Assembly (NCBI GenBank): GCA_046563655.1
Contig: CM102285.1
Coordinates: 1,364,001 to 1,428,000, forward strand
Direction of reading: 5' to 3'
From: Yuukianura sp. NJ FZ-2021
Taxonomy: Eukaryota
Length of the DNA stretch: 64,000 bases
Shown piece after piece: positions 35,984-46,642 of this stretch. Every line of letters starts with the position of its first letter. Positions within the stretch are counted from its first letter, which is position 1. Position numbers and translations under genes: made by a program. The notes beneath the pieces are model-generated. The model had not been told where the DNA came from. It ran no database searches and was given only the letters and a program-made list of their open reading frames with translations.

Positions 35984-36228
35984 GCTGTGTGTCACAGCAA
36001 TAATTATAAGCAGCACATGCTTTCTTATATTTTTAGTTTTGTTAGTCAATAATGTATAAACTTAACCTATGGTTAGTGAGTTACTTTGTAGTTTACATTA
36101 CATTATGTTCAGTTTCATAATTTTTAAGCCATGTGGTCGTAGGCCGTGTCCTTTGGGGACTAATAGCTAGGGGTGATTCGTGTTTAATTGACCTTGCAGG
36201 TATGTTATTAGCAATGTCAATTTGTTCG

Positions 36229-37347
36229 TCAGTCAATGGCGGGAAATTCAAAAAGCAAGTGTTTTAAATCCCGAATCTGATCATGAGTCAACGCTGTATT
36301 TCTGCACCCGTATATATGTTCGATATGAGTTTGATACAATGCCTGTGGTAATTGATTTATGTCAAAGTCTGTTCTGGTTTCATCAATTTCCGAAGTCTCA
36401 AGTTGTAAAGGATGGGGGTGAGTAATATTTAGTTTACTTGCTTGTGCCTCCATTTCTGTGGACAAAACGGTACTTTGTGTATCAGTTTTCCTGTTCCATT
36501 TATTCAAAAATGGGGTAACCGTATGTATACCAATTTGATGTAAGACTTGTTTTTCATTGAACTCATTAGTGTCATCGCTACTCTCATTTTCTTCTCTCAT
36601 AGAAATACTCACTTCTTCTTTGAATAGAGGAAGTGGCCTGGAACGGATTTCACCTCCTTTCCACTGAGGATCCGTTATAGAAGAAAGTGGTGTATTCCAG
36701 ATCACTTTCTCCTTATGACCGGTCGTTGATGTGAGTATTATTTGTTTACAAGATTGTGGATGGATGCCTTTGCTTGGCTGAATCTGTGTCTCTGCGTACG
36801 GCTTAACCCTTTGACTCGTGTTTAATTGCTCCTCTGTACTATTAGGAGTGTGATTCCCCCTATCACTCTCCTCCACCTGGGGCGGACTAAAAGCTTGTGG
36901 TTGTCTCTCTTGATCTCTGTTTCCTAATTCTACAGTAGCGATGTTAACCTGATTGAGTTCATGATTATTGTTGCCGGTAGTGCCCATAGCCAATACGGTG
37001 CTTCCCACCTTGATTGTCTTGTCTAAATAATTAATTTGAATTTTAGCTTTTTCAAGGAAATCTGCTCCCACTAGTGCTTTTAATATGAAGTCCTCAAGTA
37101 GAAGCATTGAATGCAGAAATATTTCACTACCCATTTGAATGGAAACATGAGAGCTACCAGAAGGTTCGATTGATTTGGTGGTAATACCAGACAATGCTAT
37201 TTTTTGCTTTAACTGCTGAATATTATGCGGATTGATCAATTCATATGATACTATGCTAGCACATGCACCTGAATCGCGTTGAATGGGTACTTGCATTTGG
37301 TTAATAAAACCTGTAATTACTAATAAAGGACCCGTCCCAACTGTCAA
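36229..37347 (-). CDS. Retropepsin aspartic protease plus linker (truncated pol)
   Basis: IQRDSGACASIVS (DSG active site), ALVGADFLEKAKIQINY; ends LTHDQIRDLKHLLFEFP, the segment that normally precedes RT. Confidence 0.85.
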   Translation of the reverse strand: MTVGTGPLLVITGFINQMQVPIQRDSGACASIVSYELINPHNIQQLKQKIALSGITTKSIEPSGSSHVSIQMGSEIFLHSMLLLEDFILKALVGADFLEKAKIQINYLDKTIKVGSTVLAMGTTGNNNHELNQVNIATVELGNRDQERQPQAFSPPQVEESDRGNHTPNSTEEQLNTSQRVKPYAETQIQPSKGIHPQSCKQIILTSTTGHKEKVIWNTPLSSITDPQWKGGEIRSRPLPLFKEEVSISMREENESSDDTNEFNEKQVLHQIGIHTVTPFLNKWNRKTDTQSTVLSTEMEAQASKLNITHPHPLQLETSEIDETRTDFDINQLPQALYQTHIEHIYGCRNTALTHDQIRDLKHLLFEFPAID

Positions 37348-37490
37348 GATAACTATTGATGCGTATTGATGAAAAGTTGACTCATGATCTTTTGGCGTAT
37401 TCGTTAGGATAGTCGCTGCGGGAATCGATTTGTCATAAACAGATTGTGGTTTCGCGGAACATAATTCATACTTGGGTTGAATGGAGGTCG

Positions 37491-38225
37491 TTACTGAAAT
37501 TGAGTCCCGGGGTAGCTTGACCTCTGAAAGTTCCCCCGAGTCCCATTTTTTGCATAAGGCTCCGGCTCCGGCTCAGTAACCGGCTCTTTCATTGCCACTA
37601 AGACTTGTAAATTTTTGACATTTTCCTCAAGGTCTGAAATTTCTTTGTCTTTAATAACGGTAGATTCAAGGGCGTGTGTTAGAACATTGACATCGCGGTG
37701 ATGCGCAATGATTTGATTGGTGTCTTCAATGCCTCGCCCTATTCTCAAAAATTCCTCCGTCGTTTTTGGGTTCAACAGAGATATTTGACTCAAAAACGAC
37801 GGTCTGGAGTTTCTGATGAGATACTTAACTCTTTCCTTCTCAGTCATCGTTGGATCATATTGTTGAATTAATTTTAACAATTCATATGCATATTTTTCAA
37901 TGCTTTCATGGATTTGTTGTTTGCGATCTTTATATTTCAATTCGGCGGCTACTGAATCTTTGTTACCAAAAATGCGAATGAGTTCTGATCGAAATTGATT
38001 GTACGTTATGGTGACGGCTACTCCTGCCGCTTCGCGTCTCAAGCGATCAATTTCGACAACCGCCCAGGCTTCTGCAGTCCCATCTAATTGGCAGGTTAAA
38101 GTTATTGCCATTTTCCCTGCAGGTATGTCATTGGCTGCGCATGCAAGCTCAAATTTAGTTATAAACGTAAGCACATCTTCGCCTGACTCTCCTGAAAATC
38201 TAGGTAGCTTAACTTTAGCGGACAT
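37491..38225 (-). CDS. gag: Ty3/gypsy Gag capsid
   Basis: LPRFSGESGEDVLTFITKFE, LDGTAEAW, YNQFRSELIRIF, RKQQIHESIEKY (MHR-like), PKTTEEFL. Confidence 0.88.
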   Translation of the reverse strand: MSAKVKLPRFSGESGEDVLTFITKFELACAANDIPAGKMAITLTCQLDGTAEAWAVVEIDRLRREAAGVAVTITYNQFRSELIRIFGNKDSVAAELKYKDRKQQIHESIEKYAYELLKLIQQYDPTMTEKERVKYLIRNSRPSFLSQISLLNPKTTEEFLRIGRGIEDTNQIIAHHRDVNVLTHALESTVIKDKEISDLEENVKNLQVLVAMKEPVTEPEPEPYAKNGTRGNFQRSSYPGTQFQ

Positions 38226-40704
38226 GGTTACAGGCTGCAATGCTAAAGCCAGTTGTCCTGTATTTACTGAATCGAATGAGAAAAAGATTCGGATTCTACC
38301 TTGAGGGTTTTCTATTATCGTTGAACAATGATACCTGATACCTGGAATTACTCCTTCCGGATTGTTGTAAGGTCAAGTTTGGATTTTGTAACTTGCTGAC
38401 TGTGTTTTACTGGTTGATCCCGTGAAACCCTTGGAGGATTTGACAGAGTTGTTGGTTCTGGATCCCAAAAATGCTGTGTTCGGGTATTTGAAAACTTTTT
38501 CTAATGATTTCAATCCCACCCCTTTCTTTTTTTTTTCTTAATGTCCCGACAAATTTCCATACTCTGAGTTGGGTGTCAAATTTGCATGGATTTCCTAATC
38601 TTTTGTATATGTATGGGGATCGGATAAATTCCTGGTATACTTGCCAACTTGGACATTATTGGTAGGAAACCTATTGAGGTCAGTAGGTTATCCCCGCCCT
38701 GTTTTTAGTTAGCCAATTCCTTCCCGTATTATTTTGGGCGAAACTACTAGAAAACCTTGCACGCGTCCTGTTTGTTCCATTTATTTGTTTGCCAATTCAA
38801 CTTGCCAACTTTAAGTAGGGTAAAGTTGTGTTAAAATTAGAGAATATCAGTGCCTGTGCAAAAACTGGTATGAGCATTTTTCCTTTTATCGCGCGCTTCC
38901 TGGTTTTTCTAGTTGATCCTCGACCTATTTTTGGCATTCTATGCGTGTATGACCTGGATGGAAAATTATTTTTAAAAGAATGAAATCTTTAAATAAATTG
39001 TACTCTTATTATTTGAAAATAACTAAAATAACAGAAATTAGCGAAGCCCAAATAAAATAAAACTCACACCGTGTATATTTTATCCTTGATCTCGTTTCCC
39101 ATGGCGACAGTAATGGTGGTTTCGTACTCCATAGGGTGTAGTATGCTACCATATATAAGTGCTCCGCTCCTGATGTACGGTACTCAAAATATGCATTAAT
39201 TAAAATTTATACAGTTTGATTTTTGTGAGGTTTGAACGAAAAATATATTTTGGCAAATCTCCTATTTCCCATAGCAACCATATATACTGTGATACCCTCC
39301 CCACTGACTGGGCCATATACTTTATATACGTTAAAAGGATTTACTGCAAGGAACGGGAGATATTTAGTTTTGACTTTTTAGATTTTTAAATGACAAATTT
39401 CGTAAAAATTCAAAGTAAATGTAAGCTGCAATTTCGCAAGCAACTGATTTCGGATGGCTATGCTTGTATGGGAATCCAGTTTACGTAGTCCTGTTTTTGA
39501 ACGGTTCCATGCCATTATTTTAACTAAATATGTTCAAAACCCACCGGCTAAATATTTGGACGATAACCAAACCTAAAACACACATTGAACCTAATGTTTC
39601 TGAACCACTTAAGCTCCCGAACCAATTAATTTTTGAACCAGTGGCATGCTTACTTTTGAACCACTAGTCTGTAAAATTTTTGTTACCAATTTAGCTGATG
39701 TAGTGTGAGAGTGAAAAGTGGGCTAACTAATGACAATGTTAAGTGAATCTTTATTCTATGCTTACCTCTAAACCTCAAGGATGTAGGATCTCCTTATATG
39801 CCAGCCTCGTTATTGCTACAGTAACTTTTTACTATAACATGTATTAGTATATTGCCATGTAATAGTTATCAAGATTAGAGGGTAACTCGTCATCTTTTGA
39901 GGAATTGGATTAAATGCCAGTGAGTACTTTTTACTAAGGAATTGCAATAAAGAACAATGATTCAGAAAGTTTTAGATGATATTACATTGTTGGAACAATT
40001 TTTTCTCAACCGTTGACTAAGTCATTTGAAGGTACTCATTTAGTAGAAACTGTCTGCCGGATTGAAAATAAATTTGTTATAGAGTGCTTTGTAGTAAAAG
40101 TTGAAAGAAACATATACTATGTTAGTAGTCCTTGTCTGAAGGTATTACTCTGTCTGCCTATAGCCTTACTTCCCTTTGATGGATATACTTTCGCCTCTGA
40201 TTTGACGTCATTCTTGAGGCGTGAGTCTATCCACAGCAGAGTATAGGAACGGTTATATGCTATGCCTAAACACACAACGGAACCTTCCACACATAGACTA
40301 ACTGCACAGGACTTTGCTGTTGAGTTTTCAATTCCTGACCTTATTACACTTTCTAATTGAATTGTGTTCAGTATACCCTCATTTTCAAAATTCTCATCCT
40401 GAATCCTTCACAAATAAGTGTTTTTTAACTTCGTAGTTCTAATTCAGAACTTTATGGATGGGGCCAGTTTTTACCCTCACTAAAGTTTTTACCTAACTAC
40501 TACTAGTTTATACTACCAGTAACAAAACGGCGCAGACGCAGTGTAGTTGGCCCTACAGCCGTTTATAATCAAGTTATTATTTTGCTTCATTTTGTACTTT
40601 TTGATACTAATTATATAAAAATCTAGTACTTGTCAGTGAGTACATTTCGTTCCCAATGATTCCTAATTACATTAGTAGTGCAATTGGTACCTGATAGATT
40701 GTTC

Positions 40705-40722
40705 CCCCTGCATCGGGCACCA
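40705..40722 (-). promoter_or_regulatory. Primer-binding site of the LTR element
   Basis: TGG-initiated 18-mer TGGTGCCCGATGCAGGGG one base inside the 5' LTR. Confidence 0.8.
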
Positions 40723-40723
40723 A

Positions 40724-41211
40724 TGAAAGGGTGCCAACCGGACCCACCTTGGTCCAGTGTAGCAACCCTCCCGTAACCTCGGCAGTGACTCAAAGAAGGT
40801 GAAAGACGTGACCCTGGAATGCGTGCGACGATGAGTTTATTGCGCTGTTCGCCCTAAGGGTCCCTCTGGACCTCGGTGTTGGATACCAAGACTCGTCCAC
40901 CCTCCAGGTCCTCCATCAGGGTGGAAGATCTGGAGAGGAGACCTACTGACTCTCGGCTACTCTCCTGCTTCACTCTCTCCCAATCTACTGTCTCCCAAGC
41001 TACTACTCTCCGCTCTCCCGCACTCCTCTGCTACTTAAGCTTTCTCTCATGGTCAGGAATGTGACCATGAGAGGAAGCTGCCAAACCCAAAAGTAGCTCC
41101 TCTCACTCGGCCAACATAGGCTCGTGTGCAAAACCTTGAGTCAGTGTGCCAAATCTATGTGGGTAGTGAGGACAGGGTTCCGTGGGCTAACCACGGGATC
41201 CTGACCTCACA
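40724..41211 (-). repeat. 5' LTR
   Basis: Direct repeat of 34114-34601. Confidence 0.95.
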
Positions 41212-41236
41212 AATAGCATACCATTTAAAAATATTG

Positions 41237-42070
41237 TTACGAGTTGAGGCTTCCTGGAGTTATTTCACTTGGGCTTTCTATCGCTTCCTGCTTCTGCCCT
41301 TGCGCCGTTTGCCTCTTTTTGGCCTCTTTACAATGTGTGCGCAGATTTATCATTCCCTTGGTAGAAAATCCAAGTCCCTTCAATTTCCGCTTAATAGTTT
41401 TCGTTTGACTTTTTTTCAAGGTCATCTTCGTAGATGTGACTGACCAAGCAGCTTGACCTTCTGACCCAATGCAGCTTCTCACCAACGCTGCTGTCTCATC
41501 TGCCCAAACAAGTTGCACTCTATGTGAAATGTAGTCAACCTTCGAGTGGCCTTTAGAACTTCCCGGATTGCCCGGCCCCAACTACGCTTGATCCGGTTGA
41601 GCGGGGTTTTGTTGCGTTGAGTTCTTAACTAAGCTGGGCAGAGTTTTTATACGACAGTGGTTGATGCGGTCGTGCCACTTACATTTGAATTTCATCACAC
41701 GCTCGTTCCAGCTCCATTTGTATCTAATAGTTTTAGCACTCTTGGACATGGCTTGATTCGATGCTTCACAGACAGCAATGTCAACATCATCTTCGTCCTT
41801 ACTCAGCCACATCTTTGCCAGTGCAGAAGTGAAACGGTACATGACTGTACTGTATAAAACGAAACGGCGCTTTGACATGAGAAACGATTCGGCGGATGTG
41901 AACGGAATCGGATCAATTGTCGGCATGCAACTACAAGTAGTACAACGTGGATTCACAAAATCTCGCTTCTCATTGGTCAAACTTTGGCGCCAATCCAATT
42001 CTTCTTGGCCGTATATCGTTGTCAAAAGTAAAACGAGTAAAGACATTCCAAAAATATTTGACAAATCCAT
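41237..42070 (-). CDS. Secreted Cys-containing protein of unknown family, interrupted by one in-frame TAG (41582-41584)
   Basis: Signal peptide MDLSNIFGMSLLVLLLTTIYG; the 162 aa ORF is followed directly, in frame, by a further 114 codons. Confidence 0.6.
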
Positions 42071-42976
42071 TGTTTAGTCTTTGTATTCACAACAAACGCT
42101 GGTGCTTATGCTCTCTGCTTTCTAGCAGAATTCGCAAAATGTGAGGGTAGTTAAGGTGTAAAATAAATTACAATTTCATGAATTTGTATTAAAAACGATT
42201 AATTAAAATAATTATCATAAGCCTCAAGTGGTCTCACGTGTGGATTTGTAATCCAAATTGTTCAACAAGGAAAAACAAAGGCAAATTAACAGGCATGTAA
42301 TAATTATTCCAAAATCTATTCTTTTAAATCAATTCAATACTTATTGCCGCATATTAAATTTTCTCTTGTTTTTGTTTCAGTTCATTGCCTCGAATGTGTT
42401 ATGAATTCTTAGTAATTTCTCTTTATGGTCCAATATACTGACAATTTCGAAATTCAACAAAAATAATTCTCTCTCCAACAAAAGCTAAAATTTCAAAAGT
42501 TGAAATTTCGATTAAAAAAAAATATTTTCAGTGACATTTTTTACTCCTTGAGAGAACATTTGTTGTTCAAGGAGGTGACAAGTACAGTATTTATATTTCG
42601 GCAAAATCAAAATTTCAGCTTTTTTTCATATTTCCGAATTTGGAAACGTGTAACCGATTTCGTATGCCAACATTCGACCTTGGTTCAAAATTTCATTAAC
42701 GTTTGACATAAACCTACGCAGAAGTTAAAATATATTATATGAAGCACAAAGCACTCAATAGCAATTGATTTGTCAAATGGCTGTTTTTTTTTTCAAGAAT
42801 TCCGACGAAGTCTGATTTAAAATTTAAAATTGCCGTCAAAACTAATTTTAAATTGTAAATTACTCAAAAATCACTTGAGGGTTCGTCATAAATCGTTTGA
42901 TATAAAACTGAGAGCAAACAATTTTTTGACATCATAAAAATATTTCATTCTCCAAATTTTCCGTAACTTTTTGAAA

Positions 42977-43891
42977 ATGGCGTCTAAATTTTCTCTTTTC
43001 GCAGTTTTGCTTGGCCTTGCTGCATACACTCAGGGAGAAGCCCTTGGCCCATGGTCTCCATGTCAGTTGGACGGTTGCCCAGCAACGATGGTGTGTGGTA
43101 GCTACTGCCCTCCTGGTTCTGCTGCATGTGACAACATGTGTATCTGTCCTGATCCAATGCAGTACTTTGACCACGAAACGCAAACATGCCGATACCAGCC
43201 GATCCAAATCGGCGACCGCTGTGACCGACCAGTTCCACCACACGACTGCGTAGAAGGCGCCACTTGTCAACCGAATCCATACACCTCTTCATTCCCATCC
43301 ACTTGCGAATGCAATCCTGATCGCTACTTAGACACAATGACGCGATCGTGTCGCAAGGGCATTGGCATGCCATGCGCAGGGGACCACGAATGTCATGGCA
43401 ACGGTGGAGGCCAAACAGGGTGGACATTCTGCAAAATGCCTACGCAAATGGCATTTCCAGCGTCAGCAGTAGCTCCACCTCCTTTTGATGTAGCTCCTCC
43501 TCTTGCTGAAGTTGCACAACCAATAGGAGTCTGCGCATGTCCAGAAAATCATGAATTTTATCCTGACTATCCTAATGGACCAGGAATGGCTAAAGGTCGC
43601 TGCGCACTGCCACTTGGAGTCTGGGCATATCCAGGTATGGAAGACATGTGTGTGTACAAGACGATTGATTCAGACACAAATCGATGTGTATGCGATTCTC
43701 TTGCTTTCTGGAATGCGATGGACCAGACATGCACTTGTTATGCTGGCGGCAACAGAAGTGAATTTTCAAATATGTGTGAATGTCCACCAGACACCATGCC
43801 AAATCAGCTTACTCAAACTTGCGAACCGATGTCGCCACCAGACTATCCATTCAATGGCCCAATGCCACCTTTCGACGTCATACTCTCCTAA
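42977..43891 (+). CDS. Secreted Cys/Pro-rich protein with EB/EGF-like modules (304 aa, single exon)
   Basis: Signal peptide MASKFSLFAVLLGLAAYTQG; repeated CxC...C modules (CICPDPMQYFDHETQTC, CECNPDRYLDTMTRSC, CVCDSLAFWNAMDQTC). Confidence 0.8.
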   Translation: MASKFSLFAVLLGLAAYTQGEALGPWSPCQLDGCPATMVCGSYCPPGSAACDNMCICPDPMQYFDHETQTCRYQPIQIGDRCDRPVPPHDCVEGATCQPNPYTSSFPSTCECNPDRYLDTMTRSCRKGIGMPCAGDHECHGNGGGQTGWTFCKMPTQMAFPASAVAPPPFDVAPPLAEVAQPIGVCACPENHEFYPDYPNGPGMAKGRCALPLGVWAYPGMEDMCVYKTIDSDTNRCVCDSLAFWNAMDQTCTCYAGGNRSEFSNMCECPPDTMPNQLTQTCEPMSPPDYPFNGPMPPFDVILS

Positions 43892-44469
43892 AAATTTTGA
43901 GCTCTCATGAGAGTTCAAAATTCTTATTTTCAAATTTTATTTCTTATTCAATTTGAAAATTTGAAATTGCAATTTTAAATTTTCTGGGATTTTGGATCCT
44001 GATTTTTTTGAAAACACTTTGTAGCGTTCAAAAACTTAAAGTCTTCGTTGGGAATCTGATTTCATGAATTCTAAATAAAATGAAAACTTTAGTATAATTT
44101 TACAGGGGTTTAGTTTAGTTTAGTTTATTTCCCATTATTTACGGGTTTTTCAAATAAACGCTTTGGGTTTGCAACGGGTTTGACAAAACTTTTCTCTAGA
44201 ATTTTTTTTGTTGTTTTTGTTTTGACCTTGTGATGTAAATTTTAGTTAATGTATTGAATTAGTTGCAAATTTCGACAGATTTAGAAACCACACTTGCAGT
44301 TTTTGAAGTCGATTTAAAATTAAAATCTGAAAATCGAATTTTAAGCAAAATAAGTTACGTAGATATTTTAATTTTTTGAATCGCAAATTATTCGTCAAGC
44401 ATTTGGTGAACACAGAGACAAGCAAAACGAATTTCAAAGGATTTGAAAAAAAAATGAACAAAAAAGGAT

Positions 44470-45041
44470 TTATTTTCCTTTGTTTGCCATGACGTGAATC
44501 CAGGCTGCAAATTCTGCAATATCTAAAATAGAATAGAAATTGAAATTAGACTTAAATAAAAATTAGCTTTAAGTTAGGTTTTAAAAGTTAAGTTTTTAGC
44601 TTTACCAACGTCGCCACTTTTGTTTGTGTCTGCTTCTCTGACAAAATCTGCGTAAGTTTTGCCGCCAATCGCTGGCCACTGAACTTCGATGAGCTCATAT
44701 ACATTGTTGAACTCTGATTCGCTGATGATACCGTCACCATTAGTGTCAAATTGCTTTGCGTACCAACTTGCATGAGTCGAAGTGACCGTCCCTTGACGCA
44801 TCAGCTCTCCGAAAGCCTCTCGCGTCACTCGTCCACCCAAGTGCTTGTTGTAGTAGTCCTGGTACGCCTTGATTTGCTCATCCGTACGCTTGTTTCCGAT
44901 ACTTTTTGCAACTTCGTGAAAATCTTCAGATCCAAAGGAATCAGTAGCCGCATCATAGGATTTCAGCGTCTTGAAGTGCTCCAAGCACTTTTGAACTTCC
45001 TCCTCGGTGTAAGGAATAGACATGTCTCGGTAGCCGTCCAT
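44470..45041 (-). CDS. EF-hand protein, copy 6
   Basis: MDGYRDMSIPYTEEE; DTNGDGIISESE; DTNKSGDV|DIAE; last exon IAEFAAWIHVMANKGK*. Confidence 0.87.
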
Positions 45042-45989
45042 TGCTTTTCAAATTGAATTTCAAAATTTTAGATTTTACGCTTTCGAGAAATCAAAGATTT
45101 CTTAACTTAACTGTGTTTCCTGCGACGTTCGAAATTTTTCAAATGCATTAACAATTGGTTTTCGAAAAGGAAATTCAACTCCTGTATGGATGTTGGGTAT
45201 TACACGAATATTCACGTAACTCAAATTAAAAAAACCACACAATTACAGTTTAATTAAAATTTTGGTGTAATTAAGTTAGCCGTACACTTAATCAGTTGTC
45301 TGCGGCGTCGCGGTAAATTTCTACAATGTTATCGTTATAAGTTCCGCTTTAAACCGCGGGTCATTTGCTGGATGTTTTATTTTGTTCTTAAATTTAGCGA
45401 AAGCTACTTTATGCATCTCTCTTGGCTGTCTGTCCGTCCGAGTTTCTGTCTGTTTGTTTCTCTCAAGCAGTGTTGCTGGATGCTTAAACGTCCAGTGGTT
45501 TAATTGCCACTTCCACTGAAATTCCACTGGAACAAATGCACCCGAAATGGATGAAACTTTTAGTGGATAGAAGAAATTAAGAACTTAGCGCGAAATTAAA
45601 AAAAAAAGAGTCAAATTTAAAATTACATAATATTCACAAAAAGAGTTTCTTTCATCACTAAAATTAATTGTTTATTTAAATCTCACACAAAAACGATATT
45701 TCCCCTTCAAGGCTTTTGTATTTAATTAATTCAAACCCCGCGGCCGAAGCTCCGCCCCTTCCGGGTTCATCCATTTCGTCCATTTCATCCACTGGCTATC
45801 CAACCGTGGACGAAATGTCGAAACGTGGATATCCAGCAAGAAAAAAATTTAATTAACCTTCTCTTGATCCTTAAGAAAAAATCCACACCCCGCGTTGTTT
45901 TTTGTTGCATACGAAACACGTTCAAACTTTGTTAACTTTAATATTTGAAAATCTAGCTTTTGAAGTAAATGGGATAAGCTCCAGAAATT

Positions 45990-46642
45990 TTATTTTCCTT
46001 GTTCTGCCATGACTTTGATCCAGGCCACAAATTCGGCAATATCTAAAAAAAAAGTTTAAAAAAGAATTTTGAAAGTGAAATAAATGTAATTTCGTCCTAT
46101 TCTATAAATTAGTAAATAATTTAGTTGACATATTCTAATTACTTAGTTAAGCTCAATTCTAATTCAGCTTTGTTTATTAGTTGCACTCCAGTTAAGTTAT
46201 GCTTACCAACATCGCCACTTCCGTCCGTGTCTGATTCGCTCAGAAAATCTGCGTACGTTTTCCCGTTAATGGCTGGCCATTGAACAGCCATGAGTCCATA
46301 GACTTGGTTGAACTCTGATTCACTAATGATTCCATCCCCGTTGACATCGGCCATGCTGGCGTACCAAGCTGCATGCCCTGCGGTGGTCGTCCCTTGACGC
46401 ATGAGTCGTCCAAAAGCTTCTCTACTCACACGCCCTCCCATGTACTTGTTGTAGTAGTCTCGGTACGCCTTGATTTGTTCATCCGTGCGCTTATTTCCTA
46501 CGCCTCTTGCCACGTCAGCAAAATCTTCGGATCCAAAGGTGTCTGTGACTGGGTCATAGGACTTCAGGGATTTAAAAGACTCCAGACACTTTAATATCTC
46601 CTCTTCTGTATAGGGCTTGGACATGTCCCGGTAGCCGTCCAT
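45990..46642 (-). CDS. EF-hand protein, copy 7
   Basis: MDGYRDMSKPYTEEE; DVNGDGIISESE; DTDGSGDV|DIAE; last exon IAEFVAWIKVMAEQGK*. Confidence 0.87.

Larger units (their letters stand above)
34114..41211 (-). mobile_element. Ty3/gypsy-type LTR retrotransposon, non-autonomous (gag, protease, deleted pol, decayed env)
   Basis: 488 bp direct LTRs (TG...CA), TSD AATAG (34109-34113, 41212-41216), PBS TGGTGCCCGATGCAGG next to the 5' LTR, PPT GGCAGGGAGGAA at 34602-34613. Confidence 0.95.

Noticed and set aside
16029-46642. EF-hand genes as aequorin-like photoproteins and the NRPS as a luciferin synthase
   Set aside because: Photoproteins are ~190 aa with functional EF-I, III and IV. These are ~160 aa with only two intact loops, and I cannot identify the catalytic His/Trp/Tyr set. 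Nothing in the sequence indicates luminescence.
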